Shown here in pieces: positions 20,041 through 29,477 of a DNA stretch of 64,000 bases. Made by a program: the position numbers and the translations under genes. Each line of letters starts with the position of its first letter. The first letter of the stretch is position 1. The DNA is from Deltaproteobacteria bacterium (GTDB lineage Bacteria; Myxococcota_A; Polyangia; Polyangiales; Houyiibacteriaceae). The stretch is taken from contig JAXMNT010000010.1 of the NCBI GenBank assembly GCA_034670305.1, positions 96,001 through 160,000 of the forward strand, in the 5' to 3' direction. The notes under the pieces were generated by a model. That model saw nothing but the letters and a program-made list of their open reading frames with translations, searched no databases and was not told where the DNA came from.

Positions 20041-21443
20041 CCCGGGGTCACCCGGACGACCGTCCGACGGCGCGGCACGAGCACGGACTTCGCCACGTGC
20101 TGGACCTCCGCCGGCGTCACCGAACGGTACGCTTCGGCACGTTCGAGGGCACCGGTTGGATCGCGAGAAACGAGCGAGTGGAAGCCGACCTGCTCCGCGC
20201 GGCCGCCGACGGTCTCGAGCGAGGTCAGCAGCGACAGCTCGATCCGCGCACACGCCCGCTCCACTTCTTCATCGGTGCAGGGCCGGTCGACCACATGGGC
20301 GACGTGGGCGTCGATGGCTTTCAAGAGCGCGGCCGGGCTCGACTTGGCCGAGCCGATCGCACCGATCTCGAACAGACACGCTTCGGCGAATGGGGGCAGG
20401 TCCGCCCACGCGCTCGTGGCCAGCTCGGTCTCGAGCACCATCGAGCGGTACGCGCGGGAGCCTCGGCCCCCGAACAGAATCTCGCTGAGTACCCGCAGCA
20501 CCACCCATTCGCGGCTCCGGTAGCCCGGACCTCGGTACCCGACGAAGACCCGCGGCGCGGACGCCGCCAAGGTCAGTTCGACCGAACGTTCGGTTCGCTG
20601 GCCGGCCGGTGCGGTCGGCGTGCGGCGGCGCACCCGAGTGCGCCGGAGGTCTTGGTAGTTCTTGCGAATCGCGCGCAGCAGCGACAGCTCGTCGAACGCC
20701 CCCGCCACCACCACCGTCGCGTTCGAGGGCGCATACCAGCGCGTGTGAAACGCGCGGCAGTCGGCCACCGAGAGGTGCTCGATGTCGCGTTGCCAGCCGA
20801 GCGTTGGGTGGCCGTAGGCGTGTTTGCGGAACGCGTGTTTCCACAGCTGCTCGCCCGCCACTCCGTCAACGTCGTCGTCGACCCGATCCCGCCGTTCGCT
20901 GAGCACCACCTGCCGTTCGGCATCCACATCGTCCGGCTCCAGCGAGAGCCCGCGCATGCGATCGGCTTCGAGCTGCATCACGACGTCGAGACACCCCTCG
21001 GGCACGTCGTCCTGGTAGTAGGTCCAGTCGGTCCACGTCGCCGCGTTGTTGTCGCCGCCCACGTCCTCGAGCAGCTCGTCGAGCACGCCGGCCTCGAACT
21101 TCGGCGTACCGAGAAACATCAGGTGCTCGAGAAAATGCGCGAGCCCGGTCTTGCCCGGCTGCTCGTTTGCAGAGCCGACCTGAAACCAGGTCTGGTAGCT
21201 GACCACTGGCGCGCTCGGATCCTGGAGCAGCCGGATGGTGAGGCCGTTGTCGAGCCGGTAGCTCCGCAGCTGGTGCGCCAGGTACGGCTGTTCCCCGAGC
21301 AAGCGCACCTTCGCCGCTTGGGCGAGCTTGTCCGCCGCCCCGGTCTTGCCCGCCTTGGTCTTGCCCGCCTTGGTCGTGCGCGCTTGGGTCGTGCGCGTCT
21401 TGGTCGTGCGCGTCTTGGTCGCCTTGGTCGTGCGGGCACTCAT
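20037..21443 (-). CDS. M16 (pitrilysin) zinc peptidase
   Basis: 'GKTGLAHFLEHLMF' HXXEH, 'NAATWTDWTYY' and 'LEADRM'. Confidence 0.92.
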   Translation of the reverse strand: MSARTTKATKTRTTKTRTTQARTTKAGKTKAGKTGAADKLAQAAKVRLLGEQPYLAHQLRSYRLDNGLTIRLLQDPSAPVVSYQTWFQVGSANEQPGKTGLAHFLEHLMFLGTPKFEAGVLDELLEDVGGDNNAATWTDWTYYQDDVPEGCLDVVMQLEADRMRGLSLEPDDVDAERQVVLSERRDRVDDDVDGVAGEQLWKHAFRKHAYGHPTLGWQRDIEHLSVADCRAFHTRWYAPSNATVVVAGAFDELSLLRAIRKNYQDLRRTRVRRRTPTAPAGQRTERSVELTLAASAPRVFVGYRGPGYRSREWVVLRVLSEILFGGRGSRAYRSMVLETELATSAWADLPPFAEACLFEIGAIGSAKSSPAALLKAIDAHVAHVVDRPCTDEEVERACARIELSLLTSLETVGGRAEQVGFHSLVSRDPTGALERAEAYRSVTPAEVQHVAKSVLVPRRRTVVRVTPG

Positions 21444-22111
21444 TGCGTGGGACGGGCTCCGCAGTTCGAGCACTTCATGTCGTGCGCCAGAAACGCTTGG
21501 TTGCAGTACACGCAGATCTGGTGCCCCGGCCGGGTCTCTTTCTTCACCGAGAGCAGCGTGGGCGAGCCGCCCATCACGCCCGAGGCCTGCGCCACCTGCG
21601 CGTGCGCGAACCGGTCTGGTGTCCACGCGGCGATCTTGCGCAGCTCGGCAACCACTGCCCCGAGATCTTGGTCGTCGGAGACGCTGTCGAGCGGCATCGT
21701 GCTGCCGACCCGGAACCCGGCGATGACGCCTCCGCTGAGACCACAGCCGCATTGTTCGATCGCAATGGCCGACGTCATGGGACCGACGAACGCATGCGTG
21801 GCGGTCGGCGCCGCCCGCACCAGGTCGAGCGCCGCTTCGCGCGCCGCCGCCGCACCCGCGATCTGCGCGTGCCGCCCGATCAGCTCCCGAACGTACGCTT
21901 CGTCGTCCGCGCCCTCGAAGCGCAAGAAGAAGATGAGGTCGCGCGACTTCGGTGCCGGCGCCACGGCACTCGGCGCGTGGGGCGCTTGTGTAGAGGAGCC
22001 GCGCGCAGCCCGCACCACGAAGAACACGATCGCCCCCACCGCTGCGAGCAGGACGAGGACCCCGCAGATGATGGCCATCTCCATGGCGCCCATTCCGATT
22101 CCAGAATTCAT
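21440..22111 (-). CDS. Membrane-anchored hypothetical protein with C-terminal zinc ribbon
   Basis: N-terminal TM; 'CVYC...CSNCGA'; stop overlaps the M16 start. Confidence 0.65.
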   Translation of the reverse strand: MNSGIGMGAMEMAIICGVLVLLAAVGAIVFFVVRAARGSSTQAPHAPSAVAPAPKSRDLIFFLRFEGADDEAYVRELIGRHAQIAGAAAAREAALDLVRAAPTATHAFVGPMTSAIAIEQCGCGLSGGVIAGFRVGSTMPLDSVSDDQDLGAVVAELRKIAAWTPDRFAHAQVAQASGVMGGSPTLLSVKKETRPGHQICVYCNQAFLAHDMKCSNCGARPTQ

Positions 22112-22252
22112 CGAACGCGCATCCTACGCGAAGCACCGCCACACACCAGCCGGGCATCGCGCCTGGCGGCGCTGGCAAGGGAACGGTGGCTCGCTTCGCT
22201 CGCCTCCGTTTTCTGACACACCCATGTGGATCATGGGAGGGTGGCACCTTCG

Positions 22253-24064
22253 ATGACGCTCCTGAGCCTACCCACCGCCGCCGCGCGCATCCGCGAGACG
22301 CGCCGGGCGGCTTCGACGCGGCGTGCGCCGAGCCCGTACTTCTTCGTATGCGGCGCGGGCATCTCGGTCCCATCGGTGCCCCTCGCGTGGGCGATCGAGA
22401 AGGAATGTCGCGAGCGGGCCGAGTCGCTCGGACTGACCACCGCGGACGGTCCGGACGATCCGGCGGGCGGGTACTCGTTCTGGCTCGAGCAAGCGTACCC
22501 AGACCCCGACCAGCGGCGGCTCTACTTCCGCGAGAAGATCGAAGGCCGCCCTCTGACCGACGCGAACCTTCGGCTCGCGCACCTGCTCTCCGACGGCGCG
22601 CTCACCCGCTTCTTGGTCACCACCAACTTCGACGACTTCGTCAGCCGCAGCCTCCACTTGTTCGGGCAGCCGCACGTGGTGTGCGACCACCCCGCGACCA
22701 CCGCGCGCATCGATCTGGACTCGACCGACGTGCAGATCGCGCACGTGCACGGCACGTACTGGTTCTACGATCTCGTGAACACCGACGTGGAGATCTCGGA
22801 CCGCGCCAAGGGCGTGCGCGCGGGGACCGGCATGAGCGAGCTGCTCGGTGACCTCCTGCGTGGACGCGCGCCGCTCGTGCTCGGCTACTCCGGCTGGGAG
22901 GGCGACGTGTTGATGAACGCACTGAAGCAACGGCTCAAGGCCGGGCTGCGGCATCAGCTCTACTGGTTCTGTTACAACCGCGACGCGCTCGTCTCGCTCC
23001 CGACCTGGCTGACCGGCCACCCCAACGCGTGTTTCGTGGTGCCGGAAGACGGCGAGACCCTGAGCGCCGACCGGGTGCTCGACGAGCTGCTCCGGGTCTT
23101 CAAGGTCGACGCCCCGCCGCTCACCCGCGACCCGCTCGGCTTCTTCGCGGATCGTCTCCGAGAGAGTGCGCCGCGCCGCGCGCCGGACGCACCACCGGAT
23201 CTGTACTTCTTCGAAGACTTGGTGCGCCGGGTCGAAGATGCGGCCCGCCGCTCGACCGACGGCCACGCGGTGATCGCCGCGATCGAGTCGGTCCGCGATG
23301 CCGTCCGCCGCGGCCACTACGCGAGCGCTGCGCAACGGGCCTCCCGCATCTCGCTCGCGGGACTGAAGAAGGCGCTCCGGCGCAACCTCGCCGACGCGCT
23401 CTGGCCCGCGGTCAGCCGCGGAGGCCGGAGCGCCGCGGAGGACCTGCGGATCGCCGATGCGTTCCTCCGGATCGTGGACGCGGGCCCTTCCGGGATCGTC
23501 TCGTCCGGTCGCTACGCGGCCGTGCTGATCGGCCGGGTCGGCGCACTGCACCGACAAGGCCACCACCGCCGGACCCGCGCCGCCGTCGCCGACGCGCTGA
23601 CCCGCCTCGGCTCGATGCTCTCGCGCATGCCCCGCGCCCACCACCGGCTGCTCCGCCTCGAAGCCCGCAGCCTCGCCGCGGAACGCCGCTTCAAAGCCGC
23701 GCTCGTGAAGTACGAGTCGCTCCCCGGCGACTTCGATTCCGCCACCGACGCGCGACTGCGGGTCGCGGTGTGCGGAGGCGAGCGCGAACGCGCCGCCGTG
23801 CTCGCCGAGCTCGACCGGCTGCCGGAGGCCGAGGTCATCCTCGACGTGCTCACCCGGCGATTGAAGAAGTGGCGCGCCCGAACGGCGCAACGGGAGCTGG
23901 TGCTCGTGCTGAGCCTGCGCGCCGACCTCGCGAGCGCACTCGGCCACGAAGACGCCGCCGACGAACACCGCCTCGCCGCCGCCGAAGTCGCCGGGGAACT
24001 CGCCGCGCACCCAACCGGGGTCCCGAGCCGCACCGTGAGTGGCTTCCCCGCCCCCAGCGAGTAG
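22253..24064 (+). CDS. SIR2-like (SIR2_2) domain protein with helical C-terminal region
   Basis: 'FVCGAGISVP', 'LVTTNFDD', 'IAHVHG' and 'LVLGYSGWEGD'. Confidence 0.8.
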   Translation: MTLLSLPTAAARIRETRRAASTRRAPSPYFFVCGAGISVPSVPLAWAIEKECRERAESLGLTTADGPDDPAGGYSFWLEQAYPDPDQRRLYFREKIEGRPLTDANLRLAHLLSDGALTRFLVTTNFDDFVSRSLHLFGQPHVVCDHPATTARIDLDSTDVQIAHVHGTYWFYDLVNTDVEISDRAKGVRAGTGMSELLGDLLRGRAPLVLGYSGWEGDVLMNALKQRLKAGLRHQLYWFCYNRDALVSLPTWLTGHPNACFVVPEDGETLSADRVLDELLRVFKVDAPPLTRDPLGFFADRLRESAPRRAPDAPPDLYFFEDLVRRVEDAARRSTDGHAVIAAIESVRDAVRRGHYASAAQRASRISLAGLKKALRRNLADALWPAVSRGGRSAAEDLRIADAFLRIVDAGPSGIVSSGRYAAVLIGRVGALHRQGHHRRTRAAVADALTRLGSMLSRMPRAHHRLLRLEARSLAAERRFKAALVKYESLPGDFDSATDARLRVAVCGGERERAAVLAELDRLPEAEVILDVLTRRLKKWRARTAQRELVLVLSLRADLASALGHEDAADEHRLAAAEVAGELAAHPTGVPSRTVSGFPAPSE

Positions 24065-24116
24065 AACACTGCGGATCGCTCGCACACGCCTCGCGGATGC
24101 GATCTACCCTCGCGCG

Positions 24117-25478
24117 ATGCCGACCTCGATGATCGACGATGCCGCACTCCAAGACGACGCGCTCCGCCTGCTGACCGACCTGCTTCGCATCCCGAGCGTG
24201 AACCCGCCAGGGGACGAGCGGGCGGCGGCGGACTATGTGGCGCGGGAGCTGACCCAGGCGGGCATCGAACCCACGGTGCTCGAGTCCAGCGCGGGGCGGG
24301 TGAATGTGGTGGGGCGGGTGAAGGGCAGTGGGCAGAACGCGCCGCTGCTTCTGACCGGGCACCTCGATGTGGTGCCGGTGGAGCCGGAGCATTGGACGCA
24401 TCCGCCGTTCGATGGAGTCACGGCCGACGGGTGTCTCTACGGGCGCGGCGCGGTGGACATGAAGAACCACGTCGCAGCCAGCCTCGCGATCATCAAGCGG
24501 CTCAAACAAGACGCGGTGGCGCTCGATCGGGATGTGATCTTCGCGGCGGTCGCCGACGAAGAACAAGGGTGCCGCGCCGGGTCGCTCTGGCTCTGCGAAC
24601 ATCATCGCGACTTGGTGTCGGCCGAGTACGCGCTCGGGGAAGGCGGCGGCTTCAGCCTGCACGTGGGCGGCCGCTGCTTCTACCCGGTGCAGGTCGCCGA
24701 GAAGGGCGTCTGTTGGCTCAAGGCCAGCGTCGATGGACCGCCCGGCCATGGCTCGATGCCGCGGGAAGACTCGGCGGCGCTGCAACTCTGTCAGCGGATC
24801 GCCAACCTCACCCCGACCGCCCTGCCCGCCCACCGCACACCCATCGTCGAAGCGTTCCTCCAAGAGCTCGTGGATGCCATCGCGCCCAACATGCCCGGCC
24901 TGCGCGGAATGGCGCAGCAGCTCGTGGCGCGTCCGGCCGCGCTTCGTTCGCTCATCGCGAAGGTGCCCGACCCCACGGTGCGCATGGGTCTGCTCGCGAT
25001 GCTCTCGAACACCGCGAGCCCCACGATGCTGCGTTCCGGCGACAGCGTGAACGTCATCCCGGGCACCGCGAGCGTCGAGATCGATGGCCGGCTCTTGCCG
25101 GGGCACACCGAAGCGAGTTTCCTCGCCGAGCTGCGCGGGGTGCTCGGCGACGACGTGACGTTCGAAGTCACCCACTCGATGCCCGCGGTCGAAGCGAACC
25201 CGTGGAAGGGCCCGCTCTACCACTTGATCGAAGAGGTCATGAGCACCCGCGCGCCGGGCTGCCCGGTGGTCCCCTACATGCTCCCCGGGTTCACCGACGC
25301 CAAAGCGTTCGCGGGCATCGGCGCCACCTGGGTCGGCTTTGCACCGATCAAGCTTCCCAAAGAGCTCCGGTTCGCCGACCTCTTTCATGCGCACGACGAA
25401 CGCATCCCAGTGGACGGCTTCCGCTGGGGCGTGAGTGTGCTGAGCGAGATCGTGACCAGCTGGGCCACGCCCGGCTAG
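24117..25478 (+). CDS. M20/M25/M40 metallopeptidase
   Basis: 'GHLDVVP', 'GRGAVDMK', 'ADEE', 'GHGS', 'GFTDA' and 'HAHDE'. Confidence 0.92.
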   Translation: MPTSMIDDAALQDDALRLLTDLLRIPSVNPPGDERAAADYVARELTQAGIEPTVLESSAGRVNVVGRVKGSGQNAPLLLTGHLDVVPVEPEHWTHPPFDGVTADGCLYGRGAVDMKNHVAASLAIIKRLKQDAVALDRDVIFAAVADEEQGCRAGSLWLCEHHRDLVSAEYALGEGGGFSLHVGGRCFYPVQVAEKGVCWLKASVDGPPGHGSMPREDSAALQLCQRIANLTPTALPAHRTPIVEAFLQELVDAIAPNMPGLRGMAQQLVARPAALRSLIAKVPDPTVRMGLLAMLSNTASPTMLRSGDSVNVIPGTASVEIDGRLLPGHTEASFLAELRGVLGDDVTFEVTHSMPAVEANPWKGPLYHLIEEVMSTRAPGCPVVPYMLPGFTDAKAFAGIGATWVGFAPIKLPKELRFADLFHAHDERIPVDGFRWGVSVLSEIVTSWATPG

Positions 25479-26764
25479 AACGTCTTCGGTTCCGTCTTCG
25501 GGGTGTCGATGCGGGACGACTCTTCGAGGGTCATGCCGGTGGTCTCGGGCAGGAACGCGTAGATGAGGCCGATGGCGACGAAGTTGAACACGGCGAGCGA
25601 CGCGACGACCGGGCCGAACGCTTCGGTCTTGCTGACGAGGTAGCCGACCACGAACGGGCTGATCACGTAGCCGAGCCGTCCAATGAGGTTGTTGGCCCAG
25701 GCGTACGCGACGCCGCGCAGCTTCGTGGGGAAGAGCTCGGTCGAGTAGGCGTTGAGCACTGGCATGTACGCACTCGCGGCAAAGATGCCGGCCATGAGCG
25801 CGATGGTGAGCGCCCAGAAGCCGTGAAGCAGGTAGCAGCAGCACACCCCGATGGCGCCGATGGTGAAGATGAGCGCCGCACCGCGCCGCCGGCCAACGAT
25901 GTCGATGAGTCGACCAGCGTAGAAGACGAAGGGCATCGAACCGACGGCCGCGATGCTGATCGCCAAACCCACTTCGCCATCGGTGAACCCGCGTTCGCCC
26001 ATCGCGAACTCTTTCCAGAACGCGACCGCGTTCTGCGCGGGGATGTACGCCACGAACCAGATGAGCGCGAGCAAGAGCAGCCGCTTGGCGTAGGGCGTCG
26101 ACCAAATCTCCATCAAGCCCATCGGCGGCTCGGCCTTGGCCTTCTCGAACGCGTCCGTCTCCTTGAGCGAACGCCGGGCGAACGCCAGGATCAGGAGCGG
26201 CACGATGCCGACGAGGTACACGCTGCGCCAGCCGTACTCCGTGTTGAGCAGCAGCGGCACGACGCCCGCGCAGAAGATGGCGCCGAGGCTCGAGCAACCT
26301 TGAATGACGCCCATCACCATGCCGCGTCTCGCGGCAGGAAACTCTTCGGCCGCGATGACCATGCTGATCGCCCACTCACCGATCAAGAAGATGCGCGCGA
26401 CGAGCTGCAGCACCGCGAACACCCACACGTTCGGCGCCAGGCCCGACGCGAACGTGCATAAGGTGTAGCCCGCGATCGTGATCGTCAGGACGCGTTTGCG
26501 TCCCCACACATCGGCTTTGCGGACGATCCAAAACGCCAGGATCGTGCCGAAGTTGATGAACCCGATGAGGTACCCCGACGCCGAAGGCGGCAGGTCGAGA
26601 TCGGCGCGCAGGTTCGGGAGTATCTGCGTCAGCGCGAGGAAGTCGTACCCTTCGAAGAAGGTCGCGACGCTCAAGAACAGAAACAGCCGCTTCTGGTACT
26701 GGGTCAGTTTGCCGCCGGGGGCCGCGGGCGCGCCACCACCGGCCATGGGTGCACCACCGGCCAC
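25475..26764 (-). CDS. MFS transporter
   Basis: About 12 TM segments, 'ADVWGRKR', 'DIVGRRR' and 'ELFPTKLRG'. Confidence 0.9.
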   Translation of the reverse strand: MAGGAPMAGGGAPAAPGGKLTQYQKRLFLFLSVATFFEGYDFLALTQILPNLRADLDLPPSASGYLIGFINFGTILAFWIVRKADVWGRKRVLTITIAGYTLCTFASGLAPNVWVFAVLQLVARIFLIGEWAISMVIAAEEFPAARRGMVMGVIQGCSSLGAIFCAGVVPLLLNTEYGWRSVYLVGIVPLLILAFARRSLKETDAFEKAKAEPPMGLMEIWSTPYAKRLLLLALIWFVAYIPAQNAVAFWKEFAMGERGFTDGEVGLAISIAAVGSMPFVFYAGRLIDIVGRRRGAALIFTIGAIGVCCCYLLHGFWALTIALMAGIFAASAYMPVLNAYSTELFPTKLRGVAYAWANNLIGRLGYVISPFVVGYLVSKTEAFGPVVASLAVFNFVAIGLIYAFLPETTGMTLEESSRIDTPKTEPKTF

Positions 26765-26821
26765 CGGATCAGAAGGTTCCCAGGTAGCAGCCGCAGAAAC
26801 CCCTGAACTCGGCGGGAAGGT

Positions 26822-27385
26822 TCATGCGTCGAGCGCGGCCTTGATGTCGGCTTCTTCGACGACTCGACTGTTGGCGATCAACTCCTTCACGAAGTCGTCG
26901 TAGGTGAGGCCTTCGTCGTCGCAGTACTGCTTCACCGCGGTCGGCAACATGTAGCCGGCGCCGGTGCGCACGAACGATCCGGTGTCGATCTCGCGCTCGA
27001 CCGCGATGCGGACTTCGCCCTTCGGGATCTTCTCGCCGGTGACGATGCAGCTGGCCCGACCGGTCGGCGCGCGGTCTGCGTAGGGGAACGCGCCGGGCTT
27101 CTTCTTCTCTTTCTTGGCGCCCTCTTCGATCAGCTTGTCGATCTCGGCGCGGTCCGGGATGTCCCCGTCGAACGCTTCGATCGCCTTCTTCACCTTGGAC
27201 GGGAACTTCTTCGCGGCGGCTTTGAGCTTGTGCCAGCGGTACGAGATGCTGCCGCTCGACGAGAAGGTGTTCACGAACGCTTCGCCGAACCGAAGTTCGC
27301 CCTTGGCGATCTTCTCGCCGGTGCTCCGGCACTTGGCGCGCCCCGACGGCGAAACCTCGATGATGTCGATCAACTCCTCGGCCAT
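26822..27385 (-). CDS. Tandem PARP-type zinc-finger-like protein
   Basis: Two repeats, 'SPSGRAKCRSTGEKIAKGELRFG' and 'APTGRASCIVTGEKIPKGEVRI'; GGAGG SD upstream. Confidence 0.75.
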   Translation of the reverse strand: MAEELIDIIEVSPSGRAKCRSTGEKIAKGELRFGEAFVNTFSSSGSISYRWHKLKAAAKKFPSKVKKAIEAFDGDIPDRAEIDKLIEEGAKKEKKKPGAFPYADRAPTGRASCIVTGEKIPKGEVRIAVEREIDTGSFVRTGAGYMLPTAVKQYCDDEGLTYDDFVKELIANSRVVEEADIKAALDA

Positions 27386-27531
27386 TGCACTTCTCCTCCA
27401 GCGGCGCCCATCGGTTGGGGCGGCGAACCGGCGTACCGTACGAGAGAGTTCCACCGATCGACAAGAACGATGGTCTTCCCGGTTTGGGGGACGTTTGGCA
27501 GACGCCCCATGGCCCGTGCTATGAGCCCTGC

Positions 27532-28206
27532 ATGCGAACCCGAAGCTTCTGTCTTGTACTTGGCCTTCTCGCGGCGTGCGGCGGGGACGACGACGGCGGG
27601 GTCGACGCCGCGACGAACGACGCAGGCGCGGTCGATGGTGGTCAGGACGCCGGCGGCGGCGAGGACGCCGGCGCAGGCGAAGACGCCGGCGGGGACGAAG
27701 ACGCGGGCGAAGGCGAAGACGCTGGCGGGGACGATGCGGGCCTGGACGCGGGTGCGATGGACGCAGGCACGGACGCGGCGATGCTCGCCGACGGAGAGTG
27801 CCGCTCCGAAGCCGATTGCACGGGCTTCATGTCCTGTTTCCGTCCCGGCGACCCCTTCTGCGGGATCTGCATGGACCCGCCGACCTGCGCCGACTCGGAC
27901 GAGTGCTCCGACGGACAGGTCTGCGACGCCCCGAGCCGGTCCGCCTGTCTGTGCGGCGGAGGCGGTATGATCTGCCAGGCCCACTGTTCCGAGCGCACCT
28001 GCGACGAAGGCCTCACCTGCGACGCCGACGGCCTCTGCAAAGCGACGGCCTGCACGAACGACGACGAGTGTCCCAGCGGCTTCGCGTGCGACGCGGAGAC
28101 CTGCGCACGCCGCACCTGCACCACCGACGCCCAATGCGCCGGCGCCTACTGCGTCCGCGGCAGCTGCTTCTCCGAACCCGGCTTCTGCTCCGTCCCGCCC
28201 GCTTGA
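27532..28206 (+). CDS. Cys-rich lipoprotein
   Basis: Lipobox 'LLAACGG', (D-A-G)n linker and Cys repeats. Confidence 0.8.
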   Translation: MRTRSFCLVLGLLAACGGDDDGGVDAATNDAGAVDGGQDAGGGEDAGAGEDAGGDEDAGEGEDAGGDDAGLDAGAMDAGTDAAMLADGECRSEADCTGFMSCFRPGDPFCGICMDPPTCADSDECSDGQVCDAPSRSACLCGGGGMICQAHCSERTCDEGLTCDADGLCKATACTNDDECPSGFACDAETCARRTCTTDAQCAGAYCVRGSCFSEPGFCSVPPA

Positions 28207-28223
28207 CCTGAGGTCGACGGCAA

Positions 28224-28443
28224 CGGCTTCGGCTTCGGCTTCGGCTTCGGCTTCGGCGTCGGATTCGGCTTCGGCTTCGGATTCGGCTTCGGGATCGGAT
28301 TCGGCTTCGGCGTCGGCTTCGGCTTCGGATTCGGATTCGGGGTCGGCTTCGGGGTCGGCTTCGGGGTCGGCTTCGGGATCGGATTCGGCTTCGGGGTCGG
28401 ATGCGGGATCGGCGTCGGATCGGGCACGGGCACGGGCACGGGT
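28224..28443. repeat. Hexamer tract (GGCTTC/GGATTC/GGGGTC)n with (GGGCAC)3 cap
   Basis: Read directly; between convergent genes. Confidence 0.95.
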
Positions 28444-28483
28444 CTCGTTCGCCGGGGCTCACTCCCGGGCCTCACTCCCGGGC

Positions 28484-29338
28484 TCACTCCCGGGCGTTGA
28501 TCGACCAGTCGTACGGCCGGTACCGAAGGCGGGTGCGTTCGTTCGACACCGTCGACGCGCCCGCTTCGTCGAGCTGGGCGGCGACGAACGCCCGCACTCC
28601 GCCGACCCGTTCGAAGTCGCCCTCGAACCACTCGAAGAGCTGACTCACCGTAGCGCGGCGGCCGGCGATCTCGGTCGTGCGCCGCACGTGTTCGCGCGCG
28701 CCGGCGGCCAGCTGCGCCTCGAGGTTCTCTGCCGTGAACGGAAGCGGCTGCAGTGGCGGACACGAAGTGCTCGCACAGTTCACCGCGAAATGAATCCGCG
28801 GCTCCGCGAACCGCTCCCCGCGAATCGTCTCGTTCTCGAGCGCGTTCAAGGTCACCGTCTGACCAGCGACCTGGTGGGTCCGCTCGTCGAAGAAGCCTTC
28901 TTCCGACAAGACGTTCTCCACTGGCCACAACTCGAGCACGGATGCGATGGTCAGCGCGTTGTAGGCGTTGATGTAGAACGCGAGCGCTTCGTCCCGGCTC
29001 AGGCCTTCGACCGAGGCGGTGGCGATGGCTTCGGTGAACGCGTTCAACTTCGCGCGGTCTTCGGTCGCCGCATGAAGAGCCGCGTAGCGGAAACCCCCGT
29101 CTTCGGTCCGGTATGTCGCGAGGATCGAGCCCCACCCTGCCAGGTCCAGGGCAGAAGGCGGCGCTGGGTCCGCCACCTCGACTGCAGCGCGTTCGACCGG
29201 CGCTTCGGCCGGTGCTTCGGCTTCGGTCGGTGATGCCTCCATCGTGGAAGCACCCGACGAACGTTCGGTGGGGGTTGGCGACTCGGAACCGCATCCGAGC
29301 CCGAGAGCCGCGACCAGTAAGCAGAAGGAATGACGCAT
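28484..29338 (-). CDS. DUF547 domain lipoprotein
   Basis: 'LAFYINAYNALT', 'EPRIHFAVNCASTSCP' and 'YDWSIN'; lipobox 'LGLGC'. Confidence 0.85.
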   Translation of the reverse strand: MRHSFCLLVAALGLGCGSESPTPTERSSGASTMEASPTEAEAPAEAPVERAAVEVADPAPPSALDLAGWGSILATYRTEDGGFRYAALHAATEDRAKLNAFTEAIATASVEGLSRDEALAFYINAYNALTIASVLELWPVENVLSEEGFFDERTHQVAGQTVTLNALENETIRGERFAEPRIHFAVNCASTSCPPLQPLPFTAENLEAQLAAGAREHVRRTTEIAGRRATVSQLFEWFEGDFERVGGVRAFVAAQLDEAGASTVSNERTRLRYRPYDWSINARE

Positions 29339-29477
29339 GGACCCCGTACGCCAACACGGGCTCGATGTTTTGGTCAATCGTTCCCTGCGCACAGAAAGGC
29401 CCGCGGCCGGCGCTGTCTTCGCGAACCGCAGCGCCGAGTGAGAACGTTTCGGGGGCTGGGGCGTCTGCACCCGTAAG

